Source: Eledone cirrhosa (lineage: Eukaryota). Taken from it: DNA of 64,000 nucleotides. Under the pieces are notes generated by a model that did no database searches, had not been told where the DNA came from, and was given only the letters and a program-made list of their open reading frames with translations. The stretch is taken from NCBI GenBank assembly GCA_964016885.1, contig OZ024751.1, positions 5,828,001 through 5,892,000 on the forward strand, read 5' to 3'. The translations under genes were made by a program, and so were the position numbers. Positions 26,957 through 41,880 of the stretch are shown here, piece by piece (the first letter of the stretch is position 1; every line of letters starts with the position of its first letter).

Positions 26957-27710
26957 GTATACGAAATGTAATTTCAAAGAGACAGGAACGTTTATTATTA
27001 AAATGAGATTAACAAAGGGAATATTCAATTTATTTTTCATTATATATTAGACTCGTGTGTTGCGTTAGTGTATCATGTTCAATCACTTCCTTTCAACGTA
27101 TCCATGATTTTGATATGTACTTCTAAAACGATAATAAATATATCTTTGTGAAAATTACAACTGATATCTTTTTTTTTCCATTTTTGGTTGTATGAAAATT
27201 AGTTAAACGATAACAAATGTAGCGTCCCATACTTAAACTCACCTCTCTATGGAGTGGGTGTGTTTCGATTTGCTGAAGTATCTTTGAAAGACTTCAAATC
27301 TTTATTCTAAATATTTTACATATATATAGTTCAAGGAGACAACAAACAGAGGCGCAAAAAATCTTATTAGTTTCACACTTTATATGGAAAAGGCGAAAGG
27401 AAGTTCAACGTCTCTAGCTTTAGGAGTACAAAATTAGAGGCATGATCATAAAGGAGATACAGAAATAATACGTGCCTATATATACATATATGTGCCCTCC
27501 GTAATCTGAACAGTAACACTCACATTTAGAGGAAATTTGTTTAAAGTTCTATACAATCGCGACTGGAACTGAGTTAATCGTAAACAACGAAAAGCCTACA
27601 GCCAATAGAATATAACTCACTAGTAAGACGAACTCACACATATTTGTTAATGGACGTTTGAAAAACATTTCATATTTTGTTGGTTCTTTTCTTTTTATCA
27701 CTTTTATCAC

Positions 27711-28075
27711 TGTCAACTATATTCTATTTCCTGTCTCAATTCAAATTTAACAAAACCTTCTTAACATTAAACAACATGTTTTTTTACAAGATCAACTTGA
27801 GGAAAACCAAACACATTTTAACAACAATGAAATTCAGATTATACTTTTTATATAAACGTAAATGTAGAAATATTTCATAATTTGTTGGTTGTTTCTTTTA
27901 CTGTCAACAATATTCCATATATCTCAATTCAACGTGAACAACAAAAAAATCCACAATATTGAACATGCATTTTACAAGATCAACTGGAGGAAAACTATAC
28001 ATATTTTAACAACAATGCGATTCACCGTGTAATAATCAGATTATATATTTTTTTATATAAACATAGATTGTAGAA
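27711..28075. repeat. Old ~190-bp tandem duplication
   Basis: ctgtcaac...tttacaagatcaact.gaggaaaac...tcagattata occurs twice (from 27711 and from 27901). Confidence 0.7.
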
Positions 28076-28467
28076 AAGATACATTCCCTGTTCGCCGCCA
28101 GTGATAATGGAGTGTGTAAATATATTAGTATTTTAACTTTGATCTCGGAAATGAATCTCTCTACAGAAGATGTTTAACTCAAATTTAGAACAAAAATATT
28201 CACGTGAAGTTTATTCATAAGAAAACGTTAGTATTTCCTAGAATTAAAAAAAGAACCAATAGATATTGACTATTTAATAGATAATTCCATTACACAAACA
28301 CACACATACACATACACATACACGCACATACAAGGACATGTACACACGCGCACACACGCACATATATACAAAAGCACGTGCACACATAAACATGTATCCT
28401 ACGTTTGAGATATGTTTTGTAAGAATATGTGAGCAGAAACGGAATTGAAAGGAGAACAGGAAAATAG

Positions 28468-28515
<48 letters not shown>

Positions 28516-28539
28516 TTACTACTACTACAGAATAATAAT

Positions 28540-28720
28540 AATTGTTTCTTCTTTTGGCACAAGGCCAGCAATTACCGAGTACATTAGTGGTAGTTTATTT
28601 TATCGACCACGTAAGGGTGGAAAGCAAAGTTAATCTCGGCAGATTTGAACTCAGACAATAAAGGGCCGTAACTCTATGCTGTAAAGCATGGTGCCCGACA
28701 CTCTACTGATACTACCAATC
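28540..28720 (-). mobile_element. tRNA-derived SINE (Nin/Deu-like core)
   Basis: ggcacaaggccagcaatt...tttatcgacc...gatttgaactcag. Confidence 0.8.
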
Positions 28721-28744
28721 ATAATAATAATAATAATAATAAAA

Positions 28745-29560
28745 TCCCTTCATAGCGCCTTTTTTAAGAAAACGGAATTCAGAGTTCCACAAACATGGAG
28801 CTGGTTAAAAAGAGGAGATCTTAAAAACGCTACAGAAGGAATGCTAATGGCTGCACAAGAGTAAGCCCTCAAAACGAAGTGGGTGAAACACCATATTGAC
28901 AAGGAGGAGATTAGCTCACTGTGTAGAGGAGAGGAGACTGTGGCTCGCATCGTATCCGAGTGTAAACATCTACCCCAGACTCACTGAAAAGGCTGGAGGC
29001 ATGATATAATAGAAAATGTGATTTACTGGCATTTAGGAAAACTAAATAATTTAGCACACTCTGAGAAGTGGTATGAGCATAAGCCAGAGTCGGTGATAGA
29101 AAACGATCAGGTGAATGTGCTATGGGATTTCAGGATACAGACGGACAAGAAATTAGAACACAAGAGGCCTGACCTGGTTTGTTTTTGACAAGGAAAAATG
29201 ATTGTGCCTGATTGTAGATGTAGGCTGCCCATTTGACACGAGAGTGTAAGAGAAGGAGAAGGAGAAAATTAACAGATACCAGGATTTAAAGTGGGAGTTA
29301 AAAAAGATTTGGGACTGTTACGAGATCAAGGTGGTCCCGATTGTCATAGGAGCACTAAGAGTTTTGAATGATGGTTAAAGAACATTAGTCCAGCCCCCTT
29401 TTTTGGAACATTTCAAAAGGCATGCTTTCTTGGAACAGCAAGAACACTTCGATACGTCCTGAACATCTGAGGCTGCAAGTAGAAGCTTGATGTTCATTTG
29501 AACAAACTTTCCAGTTAAATAATGACTGAGACTCCAAGAATAACAATAATAATAGTAATA
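28745..29560 (+). pseudogene. 3' part of a Dong/R4-like RLE LINE in (TAA)n
   Basis: TWSWLKRGDLK..TEGMLMAAQE, EETVARIVSEC, WYEHKPE, LWDFRIQTDKKLEHKRPDL, KVVPIVIGAL, QKACFLGTARTLRYVL*; (TAA)n-type repeats on both sides. Confidence 0.88.
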
Positions 29561-29789
29561 GTAATAATTATCATTATTATAGCAATATTATTCCTACCAT
29601 AATTTAGTAGCCGTTTGATGATTCGGAGAAAAAATACAATATTTATATACTGATATAATATCTCCTTTGGAAAAACAAGAAATCTCACTTTCATATAGCA
29701 CTAATATTCATTATAATACCATATTCCATAAATCGTCGATTTAAATGAATAAAAATTATGTCTGAAACACCAGGTATAAAGCTTCAATT

Positions 29790-30872
29790 GATAACAACAC
29801 CAACAACTAAATGAAACAGCAGCAGAATCAACAAAAGTAGCAACACACAATTAACGGCAACAACAACGATACTACCAGCAACAACATCAACAGCAACAAC
29901 AACAAAAACACCAACAGGAACAACAACAACAGCAATAACAACACAATTAACAGCAACCACAACACCATCAACAAGCACAACACCAACATCAACAACATCA
30001 TCAACATCAACAACATCATCAACAGGAAAAACAACATCAACAGCTAACAATCAACACAATTAACAGCAACACCATCAATAACAACAACACCAACAGCATC
30101 ATTAGCAACACCACCACCACTACCACTAACGACACTAATAACAACACCAACACCAACACAGGCAACAATAACACAACAGTAACAACACCAACAACAACAA
30201 CACCAACACCAACACAGGCAACAATAACACCAACAGTAACAACACCAACAACAACAACACCAACACCAACACAGGCAACAATAACACCAACAGTAACAAC
30301 ACCAAAAACAACAGTAACAACAACAACACCAACACAAGCAACAATAACACAGCAGTAACAACACCAACACCAACAACAACAACACCAACACCAACACAGG
30401 CAACAATAACACCAACAGTAACAACACCAAAAACAACAGTAACAACAACAACACCAACACAAGCAACAATAACACAGCAGTAACAACACCAACACCAACA
30501 ACAACAACACCAACACCAACACAGGCAACAATAACACCAACAGTAACAACACCAACAACAACAACAGCGACACCAACACCAACACAAGCAACAATAACAC
30601 CAACAGCAACAACACCAACACCAACAACAACAACACCAACACCAACACAGGCAACAATAACACCAACAGTAACAACACCAACACAAGCAACAATAACACC
30701 AAGGGCAACAGCACCAACAGTAACAACAACAACACAGGCAACACCAACAATAACAACACCAACAGTAACAACATCAACAGCAACAAGACCAACACCACCA
30801 ACAACAACAACAACACCAACACAAGCAACAACAACACCAACAATAACAACACCAACAGCAACAACATCAATC
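29790..30872. repeat. Complex (ACA/CCA)-based low-complexity repeat with ~57-bp higher-order units
   Basis: Recurrent acaccaacaccaacacaggcaacaataacaccaacagtaaca. Confidence 0.9.
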
Positions 30873-31178
30873 ACGAACACAAGAAACATGTTGGTAATTT
30901 TCCCTCGTTTGATGTGAATACCAAACGGTATTTGCAAGCCAATTAGTGTTTCATTTAGTAATGTTTTATATTTGAAATATCCATATTAATGAATATTGAT
31001 TTTCATACGTCAGTCAATAGTTTCTAGAGAAGATTCAATACACTGAATGGATTCTCTCGAACATTCGATACATGAATGATTCAACAATAGATAATTCAGT
31101 TTTAAGTTTAGTCTATTAATCAATAAATAAAATAAAAATCAATAATATATATATATATATATGTATATATGTACATAT

Positions 31179-31210
<32 letters not shown>

Positions 31211-31223
31211 GAATAAATATATG

Positions 31224-31282
<59 letters not shown>

Positions 31283-31332
31283 GTGTGTGATAAAGAACAC
31301 AAGAGCGTCTACAACATCAACAGATTTTTATT

Positions 31333-31380
31333 GGCTTACAATGTTTCTTCCTTACGTAACCGTAGGATTCTTCAGAGCTA
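31333..31380 (-). ncRNA. Hammerhead ribozyme in a PLE-type 3' fragment (31291-31565)
   Basis: Minus strand: gct-CTGAAGA-atcctacggttacgtaaggaa-GAAA-cattg-TA-agc. Confidence 0.6.
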
Positions 31381-31562
31381 TAAAAGGGGTTTGATTGGTG
31401 TTATGCACTCTACCAACCAAACATTCAAGAACAAAGAGTAAAGAGAGTAAAGAGCAACAGCAGGGGACGATAAGTCTAATTTTGGTGCGGGAGGGTGGGG
31501 TTTGGGTCCTTGTTTACTAGCTGTGGTCATATTCATTCCCGGGAGTCGAGTGGTTAGTTGAG

Positions 31563-31612
<50 letters not shown>

Positions 31613-31740
31613 AAAGTTATATTTAAAATTGTTGGGTTACAACTAGTAAATATTTATAACTGATATAAAAGCACTCAACAAGTATTTGGAGTATATTTAC
31701 GATATTAAATAAATGGAAACTATATTTATAAAACCATATT

Positions 31741-31806
31741 TATTTCATTATATATATTTCAGGGATATCATATTAACAATATGTTATGCCTTCCTCAGAC
31801 AAAATA
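31741..31806 (-). ncRNA. Hammerhead ribozyme (related to the 25324 and 8239 motifs)
   Basis: Minus strand: tattttgt-CTGAGGA-aggcataacatattgttaatatgatatccct-GAAA-tatata-TA-atgaaata. Confidence 0.75.
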
Positions 31807-31969
31807 CAATATAGACAGTTTTATAGATAAATAGATTTGACATGCCGTTCAACATCGACTTGTATTTGAAAAAGTTGATTTGGCATATATATATATATAT
31901 ATATATATATTTATTTATTAAAATTTATATATATATATATATAAAATTTATATATATATATATTTATTT

Positions 31970-32660
31970 ATTAAAATAACAGATTAAAATTTAATCAAAG
32001 AATCGCATCTTTCATCCTTAACGGGATCTTCTGAAACTAAAAAGGTCAATCTGTGAACGCAGAAGTAAATATTTCAAAAAACGTTGCAACCGAAGGAAGA
32101 CAGGAAGACGATACTTTGGTTCGTGGAAACGTTCCCTGGCAAAGAACGGGAAAAAAAACGACGATAATACGTCATTATTTGGTGCGGTGAAAACAATTAC
32201 ACGCATAGACAAAACCACGTTCATGGTATAAATGAAGTCATAGACTAATATTCTATTAGGTGGTTCATGGAGACATGCTCTGGCAATGAACGAAAAAAAA
32301 CGAAGTTCATACGACATTATGTGGGTCAATGAGAACAATTACACGCAATGACAAAACCACGTAAATGGTATAACTGAAGTCGTAGAATAAAATTCTATTT
32401 AGGAATCCAAATGATTTTGGGCTTCAGAGTTAAGAATAAAGTAAATAAAATACAGAGGTAATTGAAATTAAATATATACATACACGCATCCATATACGTA
32501 CATACACAAGCATACGCAAAAACACTCGCCATGGGTATGCACATACAAGCACGTACACAAAAAAAACAAAAATAAACGCGCACGCACATACAGAACCCAG
32601 GCCACGCCTGTACCCGAACACATACGAACGTATACACCAAATAAACATTAAAATATATCT
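31970..32660 (-). mobile_element. Repeat family with 3' end gattctttgcttaaactttaatctgttatttta, and an internal ~125-bp duplication
   Basis: The same terminus occurs at ~15397-15432, 41772-41805 and 51860-51918, mostly next to (TA)n. Confidence 0.6.
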
Positions 32661-32699
32661 AAAAACATATACATATTCATGTGTGTATATGTGTGCGTG

Positions 32700-32730
<31 letters not shown>

Positions 32731-32789
32731 CAAGGCTCTTATACCATCAACACTATAAACACAGAGCTGGCATATCTAAGAACTGACTA

Positions 32790-32845
32790 ACTGCCTGATG
32801 AGATCATAGCCATTCAATGGCTATCATCGAAATATATATAGCAGT
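32790..32845 (+). ncRNA. Hammerhead ribozyme in a solo pLTR-like fragment (32727-32890)
   Basis: actgc-CTGATGA-gatcatagccattcaatggctatcatc-GAAA-tatata-TA-gcagt. Confidence 0.85.
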
Positions 32846-32886
32846 AAATAAAGGACTATGAGTTCATGTAATTGACTTATGTTTCG

Positions 32887-32961
<75 letters not shown>

Positions 32962-33224
32962 CATAGTTAAACGGACATGAGAAAGGTGTAGATATATGAT
33001 TGGGTTGAGTGAATAAAATGCAGAAGAAAAAGTAGAATTTTTAGCAACACTATATCTATCACTACTGTTTTCTGTCTCTTTGGCATTCTCTTTCTCTTTC
33101 CCTTTCCCTCTCACCCACCTTCTTCATATATCTCTATATATATGTATGTATATATATAATATATAATATATATATATATAATATATAATACATAATATAT
33201 ATATATATATATAACATATAATAT

Positions 33225-33415
33225 AATTGTTTCTACTATTGGCACAAGGCCAGAAAATTACCCAGTACATTACTGGTACTTTATTTTATCGACCCCGTAA
33301 GGATGAAAGGCAAAGTTAACCTCGGCGGGATTTGAACTCAGAATGGCAAGGGCCGTAACTCTATGCGTCAAAGCATGGCGTCCGAACCTCTACCGATACT
33401 GCCAATCCACCGCCA
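33225..33415 (-). mobile_element. tRNA-derived SINE (Nin/Deu-like core)
   Basis: Minus strand: tggcagtatcggtagagg (A box), gagttcaaatcc (B box), gcctttcatccttacggggtcgataaaataaagtaccag. Confidence 0.88.
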
Positions 33416-33433
33416 TATATAACATATAATATA

Positions 33434-33681
<248 letters not shown>

Positions 33682-33682
33682 C

Positions 33683-36600
33683 ATAGAAATTAAATGTCAG
33701 ACAAAACAATACCAAATTCTTGAACAAATATATTTAATGGCTGGCAATAGTTTCGGAAACCATATCAGATTCTGCACATACAGATGATAATTATCGATTA
33801 TAAAATCGATAATAGTAAATGAAAATAAAAAGAAAAGTTTGATATGGTCTCCTTATCGGAGCCGAAAAGGAAAAACAAACAGAAATTCAGAAATACATGT
33901 CACTTAAAATAGGGAATACAATAAATGTAAAACTTGAAGAGTACCCATGTACATATTAAAGATGGAAGTAAGACAATAATACATCTTACATTCTAAGAAT
34001 TTAACCATTTAATATAAAGGAGAAAGTATGAAACAGGAAGTAGTTCAGTAAATATAACAATGGCATAATTATGAAGAAAGGGAGATAATTAATTAGAAAT
34101 TCATAATAAATAATTAATTTTTTTTTTTTAATATACCTAATGGTCGAATAAAAAGATGAATATATGTGTGGAAAAAAATATCATGTAAAATTGAACAAGA
34201 ACGTAAACATATGAGCAGTCATTAAAAATAACAATTAGAAGGGGTAATGTTTATCAAAATAATTTGAGAAAGGCCAAAAGATAGGTTTATATTACGAATT
34301 GAAGGGGAAAAGAATGCAATATAAAAGAACAATTATTCTGATATTTAAAAGTCAGGCTATGCATACCAAAGTCTATGACGTCAAATAATTAAGCACAAGT
34401 TCCTCTAGTGGAAGATAAACAATTAAGAAGAAAATGATAGATTAAATTAAAATAATTGTTTCTACTTTTGGCACAAGGCCAGTAATTATCCAGTACATTA
34501 CTGGTACTTTATTTTATCGACCCCGTAAGGATGAAAGGCAAAGTTAACCTTGGCCGGATTTGAACTCAGATAGTAAATGGGCGTAACTACGGTGGAAAAC
34601 ATGTCCAACCCTCTACCGATACTGCTAATACACCACCCTTATTAAATTAAAATAATGGTTTAAAAGAAGGTGTATATAAAGAATATAGTAAAGGGGTGTG
34701 TAAAAGGAGAAGAAAGGCCAAAATAGTAAGGGTTAACACTAAGAAAAAATACTAATATAGGAGGATACTATAGGCAGTGTATTATAAGTTATTATGAAAA
34801 TGAGTAAGTTAACTGGCGGATAAATAGGTGTAATAAGGATTTGCGCTGTGGCCGAAATGGATAGGGCAATTGGGATACTAATTTTAGCAGTAAAAATATA
34901 TAAAGGTAAATAAAACAATATAGAAAGAGATTAAAAGTAGAATGGTTAAAAAGGATGGGTTTATAAAGAACATGGTGAAAGAGTATTAAATTAGTTACAA
35001 AAGAGGGAGAAGGGCGGGGATTAAGAAAGTTAAAGCTAAAGAGGAAACCATAGAGGGAAATAATAGGAAATCCATTAACATCCATTAAATAATTGTACAT
35101 GTGAGTGGGTTATATTAAAAGTGAAAAGATAGGATAGTTAAAGGATCACCCATTAACTAAGAAAATGAAAATAGAGACTAAAGAATCTGGGTGATAAATT
35201 AAGATGATATAATAGGTGGGAGTAAAGAAAGAGTGATATTAATATAACATGAGTAAAAATAAAATATAAAAAAAATACGATATTAATTAATTAGGAAGAA
35301 AATTTGAACTAGTTAAAATGTGAAGGTAAGATAAGTGGAGTGAGAGGTTAAAAGGAATAGTAAAAAAAGGAAAAAATGGAAATAGCCAAAATTCCAACTA
35401 ATGGAATCTAAGTGGCATCAAAAACCCTGTTAGCGAACGAGTATGCCAAACGATGTTGGAAGTTAATTACAATCTCGTTGCGATCATTTATTGGGCTGCG
35501 CTTAGGCATAGTTATGAAATAAGCTTCCGATAAACAGAGATCACTATGACCTTTACAACCTTTTTAAGGAGAGGATTTAGCTAAGATATACCAGACTAAA
35601 GAGTATTCACTATCAGTGAGTTTTCGTGTATTTATATGTCTGGCTAAAAAAAAAAAATAAAAACTTTAAAATACTATTTCAATTCTTAAATTCTTAAAAG
35701 AATGTCTTTGAGAATTAAAACGAATCTTGAAAGGAGTAGCAGTAGCTCAAAATTATATTTTAGTATCATAATGGGTTTTAACAGTGCATCTGTATTTTAC
35801 ATTATTATTAAGACATTGACCATTCAGAGGGCAGTTATTAGGATTTCTACAAGTACAGTTACGTTTAGGGGCGGGAGAGATTGTAGGTAAGGGGATAGAA
35901 CTAATAGGCGTATCATTTGAAGGTGAGGCGATAGGCGATAGGCGAGTTAAAAGAATAACTATTCATGTTAGAATTATTCGTATATGAAGGTTTAAGAGGT
36001 TGAGGTAAATTAACAGAAAGGGAGGCACTATGTTTTCTTTTTAGTTTCTCATGGTAACTAAAAGCAATATAATCAGCCAGGTTAGGGATAGTAGGGAAAA
36101 TAATCTTAGCATTATTGTTGTTAAATAATTTATAGTACTTATGGTTAGGAGGGAAATTGTTGCGTAAGATGGAGAAAAAGCTTTTAGGGGTGTTAAAGGA
36201 GAACGGAGGATTAAACCAGGACAGATTACGAGATCTATTTCGGCGCGGACTACTAGCAGTATTAGAAGGGTTTATAGGTATATTTAGAGTATTTTTAAAG
36301 TCATTATGCGTAGCAGTGCATGGATTCTTAGTATTACAGGAAGGTGTTTGCTTAAGGTGTCTATTAGAACTAATCCTGAACTCATTGCCAGGAGTAAGTA
36401 GCGAACCATTATAAGCAGACCGGTTTTTTCTATTAGTGTTTTTAAATCTATTATTACTAGAAAGACAGCTCTGTTCAATTACATTATTATTACGTAATCT
36501 ATGGTTAGACTGAACAGCAGGTAGGTAATACATTTTACCCTTGTAGCCTGATTTAGAAAGACCGTCTATCTCGTTAAATATGTTCTCATTTGTAGAGAAC

Positions 36601-37207
36601 CTAGAGATTCTATGTGAAATAGACATTACAATAGATTTAAGAATAGAGTGGGGTGGGGGTGGGGGTGGGGGGATACAACTATTAATATAGGTTAAGATCT
36701 TACCGGGTTTATGATAAGGACGATAGGGTTCCTGTATTAAGGTCTAAAGTATCATCAAAGAACTTAATTACCTTATAGTTAGACTCGATTGTTCTAGAAA
36801 GACCAATGCTTTAAAAAAGATTATGGAAATACTTTTTGAGAATCTCGATTCTACGTACGTTACATTTATCTACAGTAAATAGAGCATCGTCTCTATATAA
36901 GCCGACTTGCAGAGTGGATAATTCCCCTGTCGCTTGTGTACGATGTAAATTCCCAGAAAGTCAGTAACATGTGCAGAGTCACTTGACCCCATAGTGATGT
37001 GAAAGTTATCTGGTCTATTAGCCCTAGTCCAATAACAACCATTGAACTCTATTATAGTGTGTCTAGAAGTCAATAAAATGTATATTTCTTTTTTTTAGAT
37101 AAATCAGTATTAGTTCTAGCTACGATTAGGGCTTTATTAAGTAAAATAGGCTATATAGAGGCATATTAGCTATCGATGTCAACTAATATCTTATCACTCC
37201 TCCTCGA
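33683..37207 (-). mobile_element. Decayed Penelope-like element (RT, zinc finger, GIY-YIG relic, long 3' region); SINE inserted at 34455-34640
   Basis: FHITMGSSDSAHVTDFLG, SISHRISRFSTNENIF, WFNPPFS, NFPPNHKYYKLFN, CTCRNPNNCPLNGQCL, DLCLSE; relic HHR at 33739-33863. Confidence 0.85.
34455..34640 (-). mobile_element. tRNA-derived SINE (Nin/Deu-like core)
   Basis: Closely similar to 33225-33415. Confidence 0.85.
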
Positions 37208-37235
37208 CTAGATTGTATGCATAATTTTGATATAC

Positions 37236-37267
<32 letters not shown>

Positions 37268-37330
37268 CATATACATATACACATACATATAAATAACTGT
37301 GTTTGCATGTGTATGTGTATGTGCGTATGT

Positions 37331-37386
<56 letters not shown>

Positions 37387-37984
37387 AATATAACTTAGAG
37401 ATAGAATTCATAAAGTGATGAGAATGCAAGCAAGTCTGAAGAAAAGATAAGTAGGCGGCAATCGATGTAGAATTAGTTAAGTAACTGTATATATCACTAT
37501 TATAGAGATAAACCTTCATGTGCTTACCTGTGTCATTGTGTGTGTATGTGTGTGTGGTGTTTGTGTTTGTGTATTTGTGTGTTTCTGTGTGTGTGCTTGT
37601 GTGTGTGTTTGTGTGGATATGTCTGTGAGTGTTTGTGTGTGTATATGTGTGAATGTGTTTGTGTGTATATATGCATCTATATCTGTTTGTGTGTGTATAT
37701 GTGTGAATGTGTTTGTGTGTATATATGCATCTATATATGTTTGTGGGAGTATGTGTGCGGTTATGTGTGTGTATCTGTGCGTATGTGTTTGTGTATGTGT
37801 TTGCTATTTTAGATATCCGAAAATTGTGTTGTTGAATTCAAATATGTAATGTATATATTTACAATAAATATCTGCAACCCACACACATTCACAAATACAT
37901 CAAACCACTTACATACGCAATGCACATTCATACATATATACATCTATCTAGCTATAACTCTCTGTATATATATATATATATATA

Positions 37985-38715
37985 TCCTAAAAAATATATT
38001 AAAAAATATAGTCCAAAAAAATTCTCTGTACTTACTATATGTGCCGTTTCCGCAGTTTCAGATCCCAAACCAATAGATAATCCAATCGGATTTTCAGTGA
38101 GAAAGTGATCCTCGTCAGAAGGCTTTTCTCTCTCGGAGAATATAAAATTCCTGAGTTCAAATTACAAACTCGCGCCATACAAAACTGCGTCAGAATGAGA
38201 ATAAATGAATGATGAAATAATTTTGTCTAGTACCGTGTGCAAAGACAGAAAGCTGGGTGGACAGGTCAATGCCGTGCTGCTAAAAATAGCAGCATTTCAA
38301 ACGACCAATGGTTTCTCTACCGTTGGGTACTAGACAAAATTGTTTCATCATTCATTTATTCTCATTATGAGGCAGTTTTGTATGGCGCCAGTTTGTAATT
38401 TGAAATCAGGAATTTTATATTTTCCGAGAGAGAAAAGCCTTGTGACGAGGATATCTTTCTCAATGGAAATCCGCTTGGATTATCTATTTGTTTGGGATCT
38501 AAAACCGCGGTAATGGCACATATAGTAAGTACAGTGAATTTTTTAGAATCTATAATCTTTAAATATTTTCTAGGATATTTTCTGTGTTTAAACTCCCTGA
38601 TTTTATATGTTCTGGCTTGTTAATTTATTAACTTGCCATTGAACCACATTAGCATACGGTCGGACTATACTTATTTCCCTATGTGTATTAATTTCATGTG
38701 GGAACATATATCTTT
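37985..38715 (+). mobile_element. Fold-back element with ~245-bp inverted arms and a tail
   Basis: 37985-38232 is a diverged reverse complement of 38328-38575; flanked by (TA)n. Confidence 0.75.
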
Positions 38716-38824
38716 TATATATATATATATATACAATTGGCAACATGACCCTCCCAAAGTATAACAATATCGGTTTCAACACACGATTTTAGATTAAGAA
38801 TCTTGCTAAACAAATTCAGAAACG

Positions 38825-39345
<521 letters not shown>

Positions 39346-39589
39346 TATATATATATATACCCTTATCCTTTTTATTTTTATTTACAATTTTTTACTTTTT
39401 ATCTTCCGTCCTTAAAACTCCCCTACCACATTCTGTTCTTCCCCTGTTCTTCGCCTATCCAAACTTTCCTAATGAAGGACTTCTATCCGAAAAGTTTAAA
39501 CCTCCTCCACTTACGCCAAACGTGAAACTAATATAACTGTGTACAATTACCACCTGTGTTTTGGTCGTTCATTTTCAACTATATATAAC

Positions 39590-40198
<609 letters not shown>

Positions 40199-41001
40199 GT
40201 ACATATATATATGTATACAGACGTACAGTAGTATGTATATATATATACATACATGCACACATATATATATATGTACGTATGGATTCACCGAACATTTATT
40301 ATAATGCTCGGTGTGTTTGTAAACAAACATCCCGTATTAAGCCGTAGTGTCTAGCAACCATCGTTGCTCGTTTGTTCAACACTGACAAAGGAACGCTGTA
40401 CTAGTTTCAAGCTTATTAGCTATCGTCAGCAACGTATACCTTCCTGCCAGATTGTTGAACGTATATATATACCTTATGCATATTAACGGCTGAGTAGCCC
40501 AATTTGCATATAGAGTGGGTTAATCGGCCGGGTGCACCGAAAACTATAAACGGAAAAAATGAAACAAAATTTTATTTCCCATTCTTAGTACGGCTGTTAC
40601 TTAAATATAATTATGTACACGTACATACATATATGTATACAGACGTACATTAGTATGTATATATATATACAAATATGCACACATATATATATGTACGTAT
40701 AGATTCACCGAACATTTATTATAATGCTCGCTGTGTTTGTAAACAAACATCCCGTATTAAGCCGTAGTGTCTAGCAACCATCGTTGCTCGTTTATTCAAT
40801 ACTGACAAAGGAACGCTGTGCTAGTTTCAAGCTTATTAGTTATCGTCAGCAACGTATACCTTCCTGTCAGATTGTTGAACGTATATACTTACCTTATGCA
40901 TATTAACGGCTGAGTAGCCCAATTTGCATATCGAGTGGGCTACTCAGCCGTTAATATGCATTAGGTAAGTATATACATTCAACAATCTGGCAGGAAGGTA
41001 T

Positions 41002-41044
41002 ACGTTGCTGACGATAGCTAATAAGCTTGAAACTAGTACAGCGT
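41002..41044 (+). ncRNA. Hammerhead ribozyme (family R)
   Basis: acgttg-CTGACGA-tagctaataagctt-GAAA-ctag-TA-cagcgt. Confidence 0.85.
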
Positions 41045-41419
41045 TCCTTTGTCAGTGTTGAATAAACGAGCAACGATGGTTGCTAGACACTACGGCTTAA
41101 TACGGGATGTCTGTTTACAAACACACCGATCATTATAATAAATGTTCGGTGAATCCATACGTACATATATATATGTGTTCATGTATATATATATATATGC
41201 ATACTACTGTACGTCTGTATACATATATGTATGTACGTGTACAAACTTATATTTAAGTAACAGCCGTACTAAGAGTGGGAAATGAAATTTCGTTTCATTT
41301 TTTCCGTTTATCGATTTCGGGGCACCCGGCCGATTAACCCGCTCGATATGCAAATTGGGCTACTCAGCCGTTAATATGCATCAGGTAAGTATATCTGTTC
41401 AACACTGGCAGGAAGGTAT

Positions 41420-41462
41420 ACGTTGCTGACGATAGCTAATAAGCTTGAAACTAGTACAGCGT
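41420..41462 (+). ncRNA. Hammerhead ribozyme (family R)
   Basis: Core identical to 41002-41044, 418 nt downstream. Confidence 0.85.
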
Positions 41463-41731
41463 TCCTTTGTCAGTGTTGAACAAACGAGCAACGATGGTTG
41501 CTAGACACTACGGCTTAATACGGGATGTTTGTTTACAAACACACCGAGCATTATAATAAATGTTCGGTGAATCCATACGTACATATATATATGTGTGTGT
41601 GCATGTATGTATATATATATACATACTACTGTACGTCTGTATACATGTATGTATGTATGCACGTGTACATACATATATTTAAGTAACAGCCGTACTAAGA
41701 GTGGGAAATGAAATTTCGTTTCATTTTTTCC

Positions 41732-41778
<47 letters not shown>

Positions 41779-41811
41779 TAACAGATTAGAGTTTAAGCAA
41801 AGAATTGGTGC

Positions 41812-41876
<65 letters not shown>

Positions 41877-41880
<4 letters not shown>

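Noticed and set aside
29784-30937. Val/Leu/Cys-rich minus-strand ORFs
   Set aside because: Antisense reading of an (ACA/CCA) low-complexity repeat.
38100-38125. CTGACGA on the minus strand as an HHR
   Set aside because: No correctly placed GAAA-stem III-stem I', and the opposite arm reads GTGACGA.
39462-39505. ctaatga-aggacttctatcc-gaaa as an HHR relic
   Set aside because: Mutated core and no convincing stem I.
41380-41392. CAGGTAAGTAT (splice donor / complement of the U1 5' end) in family R
   Set aside because: Not conserved: loci 1 and 3 read roughly AAGGAAAGTAT at this position, and there is no other convincing U1 similarity.
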